A DNA stretch of 64,000 nucleotides from Candidatus Latescibacterota bacterium (GCA_964291625.2 OZ220089.1:2816001-2880000); one strand, 5' to 3'; shown: positions 1 through 9,870, counted from the first letter of the stretch. Translations and numbers: made by a program. The notes: generated by a model from the sequence alone, not told the origin.

Positions 1-15
1 CCCGGAGCGCGCCCG

Positions 16-108
16 GTGATCCGCTTCCTCCTCGGCGTCATCGCCGGCCTGGTGGTGGGGATCCTGCTCTTCGCCCCCTCCGTCCTGGAGGACCTGCCCG
101 GCGACTGA
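16..108 (+). CDS. Small hydrophobic membrane peptide (30 aa), or the 3' end of a longer ORF cut by the window edge
   Basis: GTG at 16 preceded by GGAG; MIRFLLGVIAGLVVGILLFAPSVLEDLPGD* forms a single TM helix with GxxxG; converges on the ABC gene. Confidence 0.45.
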   Translation: MIRFLLGVIAGLVVGILLFAPSVLEDLPGD

Positions 109-119
109 GGGCCCGCGGG

Positions 120-1919
120 TCAGCCGGCCGCCGCCCGTCCGTAGTCGAGGCGGCACAGCCGCGCGTAGATGCCGTTGCGCGCGAGCAGTTCCTCGTGGCG
201 CCCCCGCTCCCGCACCTGCCCCCGGTGCAGCACCAGGATCTGGTCGGCGCTGCGGATCGTCGACAGGCGGTGGGCGATGACCACCGACGTGCGGTCGTGC
301 ATCAGCCGCTCCACCGCCTCCTGGATCAGCTGCTCGGTCTCGGTGTCGATGCTCGACGTGGCCTCGTCGAGGACGAGGATCGCCGGGTCGAAGGCCAGGC
401 AGCGGGCGAAGGAGAGCAGTTGGCGCTGCCCCGCCGACAGGCTCGAGCCGCCCTCGGCCACCGGCTGCCCGTAGCCCCGCGGCAGCCGCTCGATGAAGGC
501 ATCCGCCTTGACGTAGCGGGCGATGCGCCGCACCCGCTCCGGCGGGATCGCCCCGTCCCCCAGGCGGATGTTGCTCTCGATGTCCCCCGAGAACAGAAAG
601 ACGTCCTGCTGCACGATGCCGATGCGGCGCCGCAGGGCGTTCACCTCCCACTCCCGCACGTCGAGGCCGTCGACCCTCACCGCCCCTTCCTGCACGTCGT
701 AGAACCGGCACAGGAGGTTGACCACCGTCGTCTTGCCCGACCCGGTGGCGCCCACGAGGGCCAGGCTGTGGCCGGCGGGCACGGCGAAGGAGACGTCGCG
801 CAGGATCCAGTCCTCCGAGCCCTCGTCGTACTTGAAGCGCACGCTCTCGAACTCGATCGCCGGCGTATCGGCCTCGGCCGCGGCCTTGGGGAGGCCGCCG
901 CCGCCGGCCGGCTCGGTCCGCGTGTCCAGCAGCAGGAAGATGCGCTCCGACGAGGCCATGGCGCTCTGCAGCAGCGCGTAGCGGTCCGAGATGTCCATGA
1001 GGGGGCGGAAGAACCGCCGGATGTACTGGAGGAAGGCGACCAGTACCCCCGGCTCGATCCGCTCCTGCAGCACCGAGCCGGCGCCGTACCACAGGATCAG
1101 GGCGGTGCCTATCGTGGACACCCACTCGGTGAAGGGGAAGAAGATGGCGTAGTAGAGGATCTCCCGGTCCTCGGCGCGGCGGTAGGGCAGGTGCTCGCCG
1201 TCGAAGTCGCGGCGGTTGCGCCGCTGGCGGTTGAAGAGCTGCACCACCTCCATGCCGGTGATGTTCTCCTGCAGGTAGGAGTTGAGCCGCGCCAGCCGCA
1301 GCCGCAGCTCGCGGTAGGCGCCCATCGCCTTGCCCTGCAGGTAGAAGGTGGCCGCCGCCACCACCGGGATGACGATGCACGAGACCAGGGTCAGGCGCAG
1401 GTCCATGTAGGCCATGAAGCCGAGGATCGCCGCCAGCGTCGCCAGGTCGATGAAGACCGAGACCACGCCCTCGGTGAAGAACTCGTTGAGGGCCTCCACG
1501 TCGTTGGTGGTGCGCGTCATCGTGCGGCCGATCGGCGTGCGGTCGAAGTAGCGCATCGGCAGCCGCTGGAGGTGGACGAAGATCCGGCGCCGCAGGTCGC
1601 GCATGACCAGCTGCCCCGTCATCTCCGTGACCCGCGTCTGGCCGTACTGGGCCGCGTACTGGACGGCGAGGGAGCCGAAGTAGAGGGCGACGATCACGTA
1701 GAGGCCCTCCAGGTCCCCCTTCAGCATGTAGTCGTCGACCCCGATCTGGGTCAGCCACGGACCGAGCTGGCTGGAGGCCGCGGCGGCGACGATCAGGACC
1801 AGGGCGGCGGCGACGCGCAGCTTGTAGGGGCCCAGGCAGGCCACCAGGCGCACCGCCAGGCGCAGGTTGAAGGGCCGCTCCTGGATCTCCTCTTCCCGGG
1901 AGAGGGGGGTCGGGCTCAC
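120..1919 (-). CDS. ABC exporter, fused TMD+NBD (MdlB-like subunit)
   Basis: Walker A GATGSGKT, signature LSAGQRQ, Walker B ILVLDEA, IAHRLST; N-terminal TM helices; GTG start overlaps the upstream stop (GTGA). Confidence 0.92.
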   Translation of the reverse strand: MSPTPLSREEEIQERPFNLRLAVRLVACLGPYKLRVAAALVLIVAAAASSQLGPWLTQIGVDDYMLKGDLEGLYVIVALYFGSLAVQYAAQYGQTRVTEMTGQLVMRDLRRRIFVHLQRLPMRYFDRTPIGRTMTRTTNDVEALNEFFTEGVVSVFIDLATLAAILGFMAYMDLRLTLVSCIVIPVVAAATFYLQGKAMGAYRELRLRLARLNSYLQENITGMEVVQLFNRQRRNRRDFDGEHLPYRRAEDREILYYAIFFPFTEWVSTIGTALILWYGAGSVLQERIEPGVLVAFLQYIRRFFRPLMDISDRYALLQSAMASSERIFLLLDTRTEPAGGGGLPKAAAEADTPAIEFESVRFKYDEGSEDWILRDVSFAVPAGHSLALVGATGSGKTTVVNLLCRFYDVQEGAVRVDGLDVREWEVNALRRRIGIVQQDVFLFSGDIESNIRLGDGAIPPERVRRIARYVKADAFIERLPRGYGQPVAEGGSSLSAGQRQLLSFARCLAFDPAILVLDEATSSIDTETEQLIQEAVERLMHDRTSVVIAHRLSTIRSADQILVLHRGQVRERGRHEELLARNGIYARLCRLDYGRAAAG

Positions 1920-3721
1920 AACTGCTCCAGCTCGGCGGCCAGCTGCTGGCGGCGGGCCAGCTCGGCGTAGAACCCGGCGCCGGCGGCCAGCTCCTGGTGG
2001 GTGCCGCTCTCGGCGATGCGGCCCTCGTCGAGGACGACGATGCGGTCGGCGTCCCTCAGGGTCGAGATGCGGTGGGCGATGAGGATCGTCGTGCGCCCGG
2101 CCATGATCCCCCGCAGGTGGCCGAGGATCGTCTCCTCCGTGTGCGTGTCCACCGCCGAGAGGGAGTCGTCGAGGATCAGGACCCGCGGCCTCGCCAGCAG
2201 CGCCCGGGCCAGGGTGGTGCGCTGCTTCTGCCCCCCCGACAGGGTGATGCCGCGCTCTCCGACGACGGTGTCGAAGCCGTCGTCGAAGGCCTCCACGTCC
2301 TCGCGCAGGCCCGCCTCCCCGGCGGCGGCGCGGATCTCGTCCTCGCCGGCCTCGTCCACGGCGTAGCCCACGTTGGCCCCCACCGTGTCCGAGAACAGGA
2401 ACGGCGTCTGCGCCACGTAGCCCATAGCCTCGCGCAGCTCGTCGAGAGGCCACTCGGCCAGCGGCACCCCGTCGAGCAGGACCCGCCCCTCCGTCGGCTC
2501 GATCAGCCGCGGGATCAGCCGCGCCAGGGTCGTCTTTCCCGAGCCGACGCGGCCCACGATGCCCAGGGTCGAGCCCGCGGGCACGGTGAGGTCGATCCCC
2601 CGCAGCGCCGGCAGCCCGTCGTAGGCGAAGCTCACGCCCTCGAAGCGCAGCTCGCCCCGCACCCTCGAGGATGTCCGCCGCCGCCCCCCGGCCAACTCGG
2701 CGCGGGCGCGCACCCCCGCGGCCCCGGCTTCCGGTCCCCCCGCCTCGGGAGCGGCGGCGTCGCGGATCGCCGGGTCCACCGCCAGGACCTCGTTGATGCG
2801 GCGGATGGCGACCAGGGCGCGCTGAAAGCGGTCGACGATCCAGCCCATGTGGGAGATCGGCCGGATCAGCATGGTGAGGTAGGCGTTGATGGCGACGAAC
2901 TCGCCCACCGTGAGGGCCCCGGTGGTCACCGCCCGTCCCCCCAGCCACAGGTTCATCCCCAGGCTCAGGGAGGCGATCAGGAAGGAGAGGGGGCGGTACA
3001 CGGCGCGGGTCCGGATCAGCCGCTGGTTGCGGTCCAGGTACTGCTGGTTGAGCCCCTCGAAGGCGTCCGCCTGGGCGCCGCCCTGGTCGAAGGCCTTCAC
3101 CAGGCGGATCCCCGTGAGGTTCTCCTGGACGAAGTTGCTCATGTGGCCGAAGAAGTCCTGGATCGCCCGGAAGCGGGAGTGCACGAGGGAGGCCATGCGG
3201 ATGATGAACAGGCACAGGAGCGGCACCGGGAGCAGCACCAGCAGCGTCAGCTCCCAGTCGATGCGGCACATCATGACGATGGTGAACAGGAAGATCAGCA
3301 CCGTCTCCACCACGCCCCGCAGCCCGTACACGAAGAACAGGCGGATCTGCTGCAGGTCGTTCGTGGCCCGCGCCATCAGGTCGCCGGTGCGGTGCTCCTG
3401 GTAGAAGGACAGGGGCTGCCGCAGCAGGTGGGCGAAGTAGGCGGTGCGGATGTCGAACTCGATCCAGGTGGCGGCCACGCCCATGAGGCGGCGCATGGAG
3501 AAGCCGCCGGCGGCCACCAGCAGGGCGAGGCCGAGGATGCGCAGCACCCGCTCCTCCACGAGGGCGCGCACCTGGCCGGCCGGGGACTCGAGGGCGTCGA
3601 AGGCGGCGGCGATCTCGAGGGGGATGAGGGAGTTGGCCGCCTGGGAGAGCAGGATCGCCCCCGCCCCCAGGGCCATGCGACGACGGTAGGGTCGGGCGTA
3701 GGGGGCGAAGGGTCCGAGCAT
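1916..3721 (-). CDS. ABC exporter, fused TMD+NBD (MdlA-like subunit of a heterodimer)
   Basis: GRVGSGKT, LSGGQKQR, degenerate Walker B ILDDSLS as in MdlA-type subunits; ATG at 3721 (MLGPFAPY). Confidence 0.92.
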   Translation of the reverse strand: MLGPFAPYARPYRRRMALGAGAILLSQAANSLIPLEIAAAFDALESPAGQVRALVEERVLRILGLALLVAAGGFSMRRLMGVAATWIEFDIRTAYFAHLLRQPLSFYQEHRTGDLMARATNDLQQIRLFFVYGLRGVVETVLIFLFTIVMMCRIDWELTLLVLLPVPLLCLFIIRMASLVHSRFRAIQDFFGHMSNFVQENLTGIRLVKAFDQGGAQADAFEGLNQQYLDRNQRLIRTRAVYRPLSFLIASLSLGMNLWLGGRAVTTGALTVGEFVAINAYLTMLIRPISHMGWIVDRFQRALVAIRRINEVLAVDPAIRDAAAPEAGGPEAGAAGVRARAELAGGRRRTSSRVRGELRFEGVSFAYDGLPALRGIDLTVPAGSTLGIVGRVGSGKTTLARLIPRLIEPTEGRVLLDGVPLAEWPLDELREAMGYVAQTPFLFSDTVGANVGYAVDEAGEDEIRAAAGEAGLREDVEAFDDGFDTVVGERGITLSGGQKQRTTLARALLARPRVLILDDSLSAVDTHTEETILGHLRGIMAGRTTILIAHRISTLRDADRIVVLDEGRIAESGTHQELAAGAGFYAELARRQQLAAELEQL

Positions 3722-3774
3722 CGGGCGAAAGGAAAGCCCCGCGGCCCCGGGAGCGGCCCCCGGGCGGCGGTCTC

Positions 3775-4380
3775 TCAGGGCCGGCCGGCGATCTCCGGGA
3801 AGCGCTCCAGCAGCAGCGGGCGGATGGCCCGCAGGGCCCGGCCCCGGTGGCTGATCGCCCCCTTCTCGTCGGGGCTCAGCTCGGCCATGGCGCGGCCGGC
3901 CTCCAGGGAGTGGAACACGGGGTCGTACCCGAAGCCGCCGCCGCCGGCCGGCGCCTCGAGGATGCGCCCCTCGCACGCCTCCTCGGCCGCGGCCGTCCGC
4001 CCGTCGGGCGCCGCCGCCACCAGGCAGCAGCGGAAGCGGGCGCCGCGTTCCGGGCGGGGGACGCCGGCCAGGACCCGCAGCAGCAGCCGGCAGCGGCCGC
4101 CGTCGTCGAGGCCCTCGCCGCCGTAGCGCGCCGAGGTCACCCCCGGGGCGCCTCCGAGGGCGTCCACCTCCAGGCCGGAGTCGTCGGCGAGGCTGACGCA
4201 CCCCGAGGCCTCGGCGTAGGCCCGGGCCTTCAGCAGGGCGTTGTCGTGGAAGGTGGCTCCCGTCTCCGCCACCTGGAGGTCCTCCAGGCCGCGTGAGGCC
4301 GGCGAGACCGTCTCGATGCCTCTCAGCAGCCGCCGGAACTCGGCCAGCTTTCCGGGGTTGCCCGTGGCGATGAGCACCAC
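3775..4380 (-). CDS. rdgB: Non-canonical purine NTP pyrophosphatase (RdgB/HAM1)
   Basis: ATGNPGK, ADDSGLEVDALGGAPGV, GFGYDP and SHRGRA motifs; GTG start at 4380 or 4377. Confidence 0.95.
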   Translation of the reverse strand: MVLIATGNPGKLAEFRRLLRGIETVSPASRGLEDLQVAETGATFHDNALLKARAYAEASGCVSLADDSGLEVDALGGAPGVTSARYGGEGLDDGGRCRLLLRVLAGVPRPERGARFRCCLVAAAPDGRTAAAEEACEGRILEAPAGGGGFGYDPVFHSLEAGRAMAELSPDEKGAISHRGRALRAIRPLLLERFPEIAGRP

Positions 4381-4387
4381 GGCGGGA

Positions 4388-5773
4388 CTAGCGCCCCTCG
4401 GCCTTTTCCTCGAGGGCGTCCAGCTCCTGCAGCTTGTGGTTGCAGTAGTCGCGCTGGCGGCTGTCCTTGGAGGCCTCCCCGTACCACCTGCGGGCCGGTT
4501 CGATCTCGCCGAGATCGGCGTGGGCGTCGGCGAGGACGACCATGGCGGCGTAGAAGTCCTTGCGCTGGCGCATGGCCGCCCTGGCCGCCTGGATCGCCGG
4601 GCGGGACTGTCCGGTCCCGAAGTAGGCCTCGGCCAGCCGGAAGTGCGCCTCGGCGTTCTTCGCATCGACCTCGATCGCCTTCTTCAGCGCCGTCACCGCC
4701 GAGTCGTAGCGCTGCAGGTGGTTGAGGGTGGTGCCGAGCAGCACCAGGCCCTCGGCGTACTCCGGGTCGACGGCCACCGCCTTCTCCAGGGTCTTCACCG
4801 CGCCCTCCAGGTCCTGGGAGGCGAGGCGCACCCGCGCCAGTCCGGAGTAAGCCTGCACGATGGAGCCGTCCACGGCGATCGCCTTCTGGAACATCTCCGC
4901 CGCCTTGCGCGACTCGCCGCGCTGGCGGTGGATGCGTCCGAGGGAGACGTAGGGCCACGGGTAGTCGGGGTAGACGACGATCGCCTGCCGCAGGGCGGGA
5001 ACGGCCGCGTCGGGCTGGCGCAGGCTCAGGTGGCACTGGCCGATCGTGTAGTAGGTCTGGGCCCGGTGCCGGCGGTGCCGGATCCCGAGCTCCCGCGCCG
5101 TCTCCAACGAGTCGATCCAGGCCGGCCGCGCTTCGCCTTCGCGGAGGAGGCGCAGCGGGCCGGCGAAGGCCGCATCGAGGGAGTCGATCCAGGCGTCGCC
5201 CGGCCGGGTGCGGAGGGACAGCTCCAGATGGTGGATCGCCTCTCCGAAGCGCCGCTGCTGGCGGGAGACCAACCCGCCTCGGTAGTAGAAGTCGGCCAGA
5301 CCCACGGCATAGCTCTGGTAGCGGGAGGCCCTCAGCGAGTCGATCCAGCTCCGGTGGTGCATTCCGCCCATCATGCCCCGGTAGTTCGAGAGAGGATTGA
5401 AGGCCTGGGGCTGCAGCGCCTTGCGCAGCGAGTCCACGTACGAGCGGGCGGCCCGGTCCGGCGGCTTCTGCAAGCCGTGGCGCAGGGCCGCCTGCAAGGC
5501 GTCGGCCGCCTTGATGTAGTTGCCGAGGAACCCGTGGGCCCGGCTCAGGGCGTAGAGCGCCACGTCGTACGTGGAGTCGATGGCCGCCGCCGCCTCCAGC
5601 TCGATGGTGGCGTTGCGGAAGTCCCTCTTCATCAGGAGGTTGTAGCCGGCGCGATAGCGCACGATCGCCTCGTCCGGCTGGGCGGAGGCCTCGGCCGCCC
5701 ACGTGAGGGCGGTGATCCCCAGGGCTCCGGCGAGGACACAGATCCGGGTACGGGTGAGTCTGCTCAAGGTCAT
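4388..5773 (-). CDS. Secreted tetratricopeptide-repeat protein
   Basis: N-terminal signal peptide (RICVLAGALGITALTWAAEASA); multiple TPR motifs, e.g. AEAHFRLAEAY and KAIAVD. Confidence 0.85.
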   Translation of the reverse strand: MTLSRLTRTRICVLAGALGITALTWAAEASAQPDEAIVRYRAGYNLLMKRDFRNATIELEAAAAIDSTYDVALYALSRAHGFLGNYIKAADALQAALRHGLQKPPDRAARSYVDSLRKALQPQAFNPLSNYRGMMGGMHHRSWIDSLRASRYQSYAVGLADFYYRGGLVSRQQRRFGEAIHHLELSLRTRPGDAWIDSLDAAFAGPLRLLREGEARPAWIDSLETARELGIRHRRHRAQTYYTIGQCHLSLRQPDAAVPALRQAIVVYPDYPWPYVSLGRIHRQRGESRKAAEMFQKAIAVDGSIVQAYSGLARVRLASQDLEGAVKTLEKAVAVDPEYAEGLVLLGTTLNHLQRYDSAVTALKKAIEVDAKNAEAHFRLAEAYFGTGQSRPAIQAARAAMRQRKDFYAAMVVLADAHADLGEIEPARRWYGEASKDSRQRDYCNHKLQELDALEEKAEGR

Positions 5774-5795
5774 TTCGGGCGGTTCCGTGCTCGGA

Positions 5796-5848
5796 AACCT
5801 AACCGGCGGCTCCGCCGGTTGTCAAAGCGCCGGAGGTCCCCGTACGTT
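5796..5848. promoter_or_regulatory. Divergent sigma70-type promoter pair sharing one -35 heptamer, with a 9-bp inverted repeat
   Basis: TTGTCAA (5819-5825) reads TTGTCA on + (18 bp to TACGTT 5843-5848) and TTGACA on - (18 bp to TAGGTT 5801-5796); AACCGGCGG-CT-CCGCCGGTT at 5801-5820. Confidence 0.55.
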
Positions 5849-5856
5849 CCCCGGGG

Positions 5857-6864
5857 ATGCCCTGGTACGAACTGGATCCCTCCTACTGGCTCTACTACGC
5901 CGCCGACTGGTGCCGCGACGAGCTTCCGGGCACGCGCACCGGCGCCGTGGGCATCGGCTTCTTCGAGCTCTGCGCCGAGCTGTGGCCCTGGGTGGTGGCC
6001 GGCGCCGCCCTCAGCGCCCTCGCCTCCCACTACCTGCCGCGCACCCGCCTCGGGGCGCTCCTCTCCCGCCACCGGGGCGGCTCCGTGGTCGGCGCCTCGG
6101 TCGTCGGCCTGGTCTCTCCCTTGTGCACCTTCGCGGCCATCCCCGTGGTTTCGCGGGTCATGGGGGCCGGGGTCCCGGCGGCCCCCCTCATGGCCTTCCT
6201 CTTCGCCTCGCCCCTGATGAACCCCGCCCTCTTCGTCTACACCCTCGGCGCCCTCGGCCTCGAGATGGCCGTGGCCCGCACCGTCACCGCCCTAGCCATC
6301 GGCCTGACCGCCGGCTTCGGCACCGCGGCCCTGCAGGCCCGGGGGTGGCTCGCCGATCTCGGCACCGCCCCCTTCGCCGTGGCCGGCGGCTCCGGCCCGG
6401 CCGCCGCCGCCGCGCCCGCGCCCGCCCTCTGGCGGCGCTTCGCCCGGGACCTCTCCTTCATCACCCGGTGGTTCGCCCTCGGCATCTTCCTGGCCGCCCT
6501 CGTGTCGACCTTCCTCACCCCGGAGATGATCCGCGCCGTCCTCGGCGCCGGGAACCGCTGGTCGGTGCCGGCCGCCGTGGCCCTCGGCGTTCCGCTCTAC
6601 GCCTGCGGCGGCGCCGCCATCCCCATCGTCGAGACCATGGTGCGCATGGGCATGTCCCCCGGGGCGGCCCTCGCCTTCTTCATCGCCGGCCCGGCGACCA
6701 AGCTCCACACCGTGGGCACCCTCGGCGCCGTCTTCGGGCGCCGCGTCCTCGCCTGGTACCTGCTGGTCATGATCCTGGGCGCCCTCCTCTTCGGCTCGAT
6801 CTACCCATTCGACGCGCCGCTGAAGACGCCTCCCTACGGCGAGCTGCCGCCGGCGCGGTTCTGA
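5857..6864 (+). CDS. Permease, DUF318/ArsP-like family (possible metal/metalloid efflux)
   Basis: Duplicated motifs SPLCTFAAIP and GVPLYACGGAAIP, plus FLFASPLMNP and FFIAGPAT; about 8 TM helices. Confidence 0.8.
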   Translation: MPWYELDPSYWLYYAADWCRDELPGTRTGAVGIGFFELCAELWPWVVAGAALSALASHYLPRTRLGALLSRHRGGSVVGASVVGLVSPLCTFAAIPVVSRVMGAGVPAAPLMAFLFASPLMNPALFVYTLGALGLEMAVARTVTALAIGLTAGFGTAALQARGWLADLGTAPFAVAGGSGPAAAAAPAPALWRRFARDLSFITRWFALGIFLAALVSTFLTPEMIRAVLGAGNRWSVPAAVALGVPLYACGGAAIPIVETMVRMGMSPGAALAFFIAGPATKLHTVGTLGAVFGRRVLAWYLLVMILGALLFGSIYPFDAPLKTPPYGELPPARF

Positions 6865-9800
6865 GCCGCCGCCGCCGCGGCCGGCCGGCCGCGGCCCTCC
6901 TGTGGCTGGCGGCGTCCGCGGCCTCGGCGCCGCCGCCGGCCGACGCCTTCCCCTACACCCTGGAGTGGAACCGCCTGGCGGGGAATCCGCCGCCGCAGGC
7001 GGTGGTCGAGGCCGGGGGTCTGGCCATCTTCGCCGAAGCCGGCGGCGCCATCACCGCGGTGCGCCGCCAGGGCGGCCTGCGCCGGTGGCGGACCCGTCCC
7101 GGGGGCCCCGTGGGGCCGGCCCTGGCCGCCTCCGGCCAGCGGCTGCTCTTCGCCGACCGCCGCGGGCTCGCCGGGGCCCTGGGCCTGGAGACGGGCGAGC
7201 CCCTGTGGACGTTGCGGCTTCGCGGCCGGGGGCCCTGCCGTCTCGCGGTACAGGACGGGCTGGCCGTGGTCCACTGCGGGGACGGGGTGGTCCACGCCCT
7301 CGACGCCGCCACCGGGCAGGAGCGCTGGCGCCTGCGCACCGGCCTGCGGCCGCTCTCCGACCCGGTTCTGGCGGAGGGGAAGCTGCTCGTCCCCGCGGCC
7401 GGCCGCCTGCTGGCCGTGGACCCGCGCACCGGCCGCCGCCTGGCCTCGCGGCCGGTGGAGGGGATCCGCCTCCTCGCCGCCGGACCCGCGGCCGTCTTCG
7501 TCTCCGGCGGCGGCACGGTGCGCGCCTTCGACGGCGGTCTCCGGCCCCTGTGGACGCGCTGGCTCGGCACCGCTCTGGCCGCGGCGCCGGTGCTGCTGGG
7601 CGGTCAGCTCTGGTGCGCGGGGGAGAACGGTTTCCTCTATGCCCTCGACCCGCGGCGAGGCGGCATCCGCTGGTCCCTGGACCTGCAGGGGGAGCCGACG
7701 GGAGGACCCGCGCCCACCGCCTCGGGCGCCGTCGTGGCCACCGCCGAGGGGGAGCTGGTCGGCGTCGAGTCCGGCGGGCGCGTGCTGTGGCGGCAGCGGC
7801 TCTCCGCCGGACCTGCCGTGGTCGCCGCCGGCCGGGACCGCCTCTACGCCGCCGGCGCCGGCCGCCTCCACGCCTTCGCCCCGGCGCCGATGCGGGGGGC
7901 CCCGGGCGACACCCTCTGGTGGGAGGCCCGCGCCGGCGGCCGCAAGACCGGCTACGGCTGGCGGCTCTGGCGCGAGCAGGGAGACTCCCTGCGGCTCTCG
8001 GAGTACGCCGTCGGCTGGCGCCACGGCTTCGTCGAGCTGCGCGGCGAGAGCGTCCTCGATGCCGCGGACCTGACCGTGCGCCAGGTGAGCCGCACGCGCA
8101 CCGACGCCAGCCAGGAGCTGCGCACCGCGGTCACCGCCTCGGCGGCCGGTCTGCTCGTCGAGCGCCGCCTCGGCCCCGGGTCGGAACGCTGGACGGTCCC
8201 GGACCCCGGCGGCGTCACCCTGGCCGCCGCCGTCCCCCGCCTGCTGGCCCGCCGGCCCCTGCGCCCCGGCCGGAGGGACACGATGCTGGTCCTGGACCCC
8301 GACAGCGGCGTCCTGCGCCCCGCGTTCACCCGCGCCGGCACCACCGCCGCTGGCGAGACCCCGGTGACCCTGCGCTTCGGCCCGGCGGTCTCGCCGCCGC
8401 CGCCCGCGGCCGGGGACCTGCCCCCGGACCTGCTGCCGGAGCTGGAGGTCCGGCTGTGGCTGGACCAGGCCGGCCGCGAGGTCCGCGCCCGGGCGCCGGC
8501 CCTGGGCACGGAGGAGCGCCGCGTCGACGCCGGGCAGGCCCTGGGTTGGAGCCGGCCCGAGCCGCGGGAGCCCCTGCGCCTCGACCGCGAGACGCCGCGG
8601 CCGGGGCGGCTCGACAGCCTCCGCATCGGCCTGCCCGCCGCCCTGGGGGACCCGCGGCGGCTCTTCGTCCTCGACGGGCGGCAGGGCCTCTCGGCGGACC
8701 CGGCGGGCCCGGTCCTGACCGTGCGCCGGGAGACCCTGCCCGCAGAGGCGCTCACCGTCTCCGAGGTCGCCTCCCGGCCGGACCTCGCCCCGTACCGCGC
8801 CCCCTCCCTCTACATCCAGTCCGGGGCGCCGGCGATCCGCGATTTGGCCGCCCGGCTGGTGCCCGACCCCGGGGCGGACAGCCGCGACGCGGCCCGGGTC
8901 CTCCACGACTGGGTCCACGACCACATGGAGCCGGCCCCCACCGACGTGCGCTTCAAGACCTCCCTCGAAGTGCTGGAGGACCTGCGCGGGACCTGCTCGG
9001 AGTACACCGTCCTCTTCGCGGCGCTGAGCCGCGCCGCCGGCATCCCCGCCCGCGTCAGCGTCGGCTTCGCCCTCTCGGCCGCGGGCGAGCTGGTGCTCCA
9101 CATCTGGCCGCAGGTCTTCCTCGGCCGCTGGGTCGAGGTCGATCCCTCGTGGAACGCCTTTCCCGTGGAGGCGGCCCACGTCAAGACCGGTCAGGGGCTG
9201 CTGCACCCCGCCCACCTGGAGCGGCTCAACCCGCCCCTGGAACTGATCTCCGCCGGCGCCGCCGAAGGGCTGCGGCTGGTCCGCTTCGACGCCGCCGGCC
9301 AGCCCCCCTGCCTCGCCGCGGCCGAGAGCCTGCACACGGCGGCGCTCGAGGCGGAACGCAACTTCGAGGACGCGGCCGCCCAGGCGGCGCGCTACCAGCT
9401 CGCCGCCCTGCCCCTCAACCGCCGCAGCGCCGCCGCCCTCACCGCCATCGCCGGCTTTCACCTCGACCGCGGCCGGCTCGAGGAGGCGGCCTGGGCCCTC
9501 GACCGCCTCCAGAGCCTCGACCCCGCCGCGGCCGACGCCGTCCTCTACCACCGGGCGCGGCTCCACCGGGAGGGCGGCGACCCGTCGCGGGAGCGCGGCC
9601 TGCTGGAGGAACTGGTGGAGCGCTTCCCGGAGTCGGACCTGGCCGACGACGCCCTCGCCCGCCTGGCGGCGCTGATCGCCGACGCCGAGGGCTGCCGCCG
9701 CGCCCGCCCCCTCTACCAGCGGCTGGTCGAGTCCTACTCAGGCTCCGGATGGGCGTCGGTGGCGGCCTCGGCCCTGCGCCGCTGCGCCGAGCGCGAGGCC

Positions 9801-9866
9801 CGGCTGCGGGACCCGCCCCCGGCGCCGGTGCTCGTGGACTCTGTTGGAGGGCAGCCTTATCGTTGA
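6861..9866 (+). CDS. Exported multidomain protein: PQQ-like beta-propeller + transglutaminase-like domain + TPR/BamD-like C-terminus
   Basis: ALDAATGQERW and LYALDPRRGGIRW propeller repeats; triad GTCSEY / HIW / VDPSW; LVERFPESDLADDA. Start uncertain (CTG at 6861 proposed). Confidence 0.75.
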   Translation: MSRRRRGRPAAALLWLAASAASAPPPADAFPYTLEWNRLAGNPPPQAVVEAGGLAIFAEAGGAITAVRRQGGLRRWRTRPGGPVGPALAASGQRLLFADRRGLAGALGLETGEPLWTLRLRGRGPCRLAVQDGLAVVHCGDGVVHALDAATGQERWRLRTGLRPLSDPVLAEGKLLVPAAGRLLAVDPRTGRRLASRPVEGIRLLAAGPAAVFVSGGGTVRAFDGGLRPLWTRWLGTALAAAPVLLGGQLWCAGENGFLYALDPRRGGIRWSLDLQGEPTGGPAPTASGAVVATAEGELVGVESGGRVLWRQRLSAGPAVVAAGRDRLYAAGAGRLHAFAPAPMRGAPGDTLWWEARAGGRKTGYGWRLWREQGDSLRLSEYAVGWRHGFVELRGESVLDAADLTVRQVSRTRTDASQELRTAVTASAAGLLVERRLGPGSERWTVPDPGGVTLAAAVPRLLARRPLRPGRRDTMLVLDPDSGVLRPAFTRAGTTAAGETPVTLRFGPAVSPPPPAAGDLPPDLLPELEVRLWLDQAGREVRARAPALGTEERRVDAGQALGWSRPEPREPLRLDRETPRPGRLDSLRIGLPAALGDPRRLFVLDGRQGLSADPAGPVLTVRRETLPAEALTVSEVASRPDLAPYRAPSLYIQSGAPAIRDLAARLVPDPGADSRDAARVLHDWVHDHMEPAPTDVRFKTSLEVLEDLRGTCSEYTVLFAALSRAAGIPARVSVGFALSAAGELVLHIWPQVFLGRWVEVDPSWNAFPVEAAHVKTGQGLLHPAHLERLNPPLELISAGAAEGLRLVRFDAAGQPPCLAAAESLHTAALEAERNFEDAAAQAARYQLAALPLNRRSAAALTAIAGFHLDRGRLEEAAWALDRLQSLDPAAADAVLYHRARLHREGGDPSRERGLLEELVERFPESDLADDALARLAALIADAEGCRRARPLYQRLVESYSGSGWASVAASALRRCAEREARLRDPPPAPVLVDSVGGQPYR

Positions 9867-9870
9867 ACAC

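Noticed and set aside
1920-3269. N-terminal 450 aa of the 1049-aa ORF, and similar extensions (5703, 29557, 41252, 49237 starts)
   Set aside because: Out-of-frame read-through of neighbouring genes; the R/G/P-rich composition is typical of high-GC shadow frames, and true starts lie at stop/start overlaps
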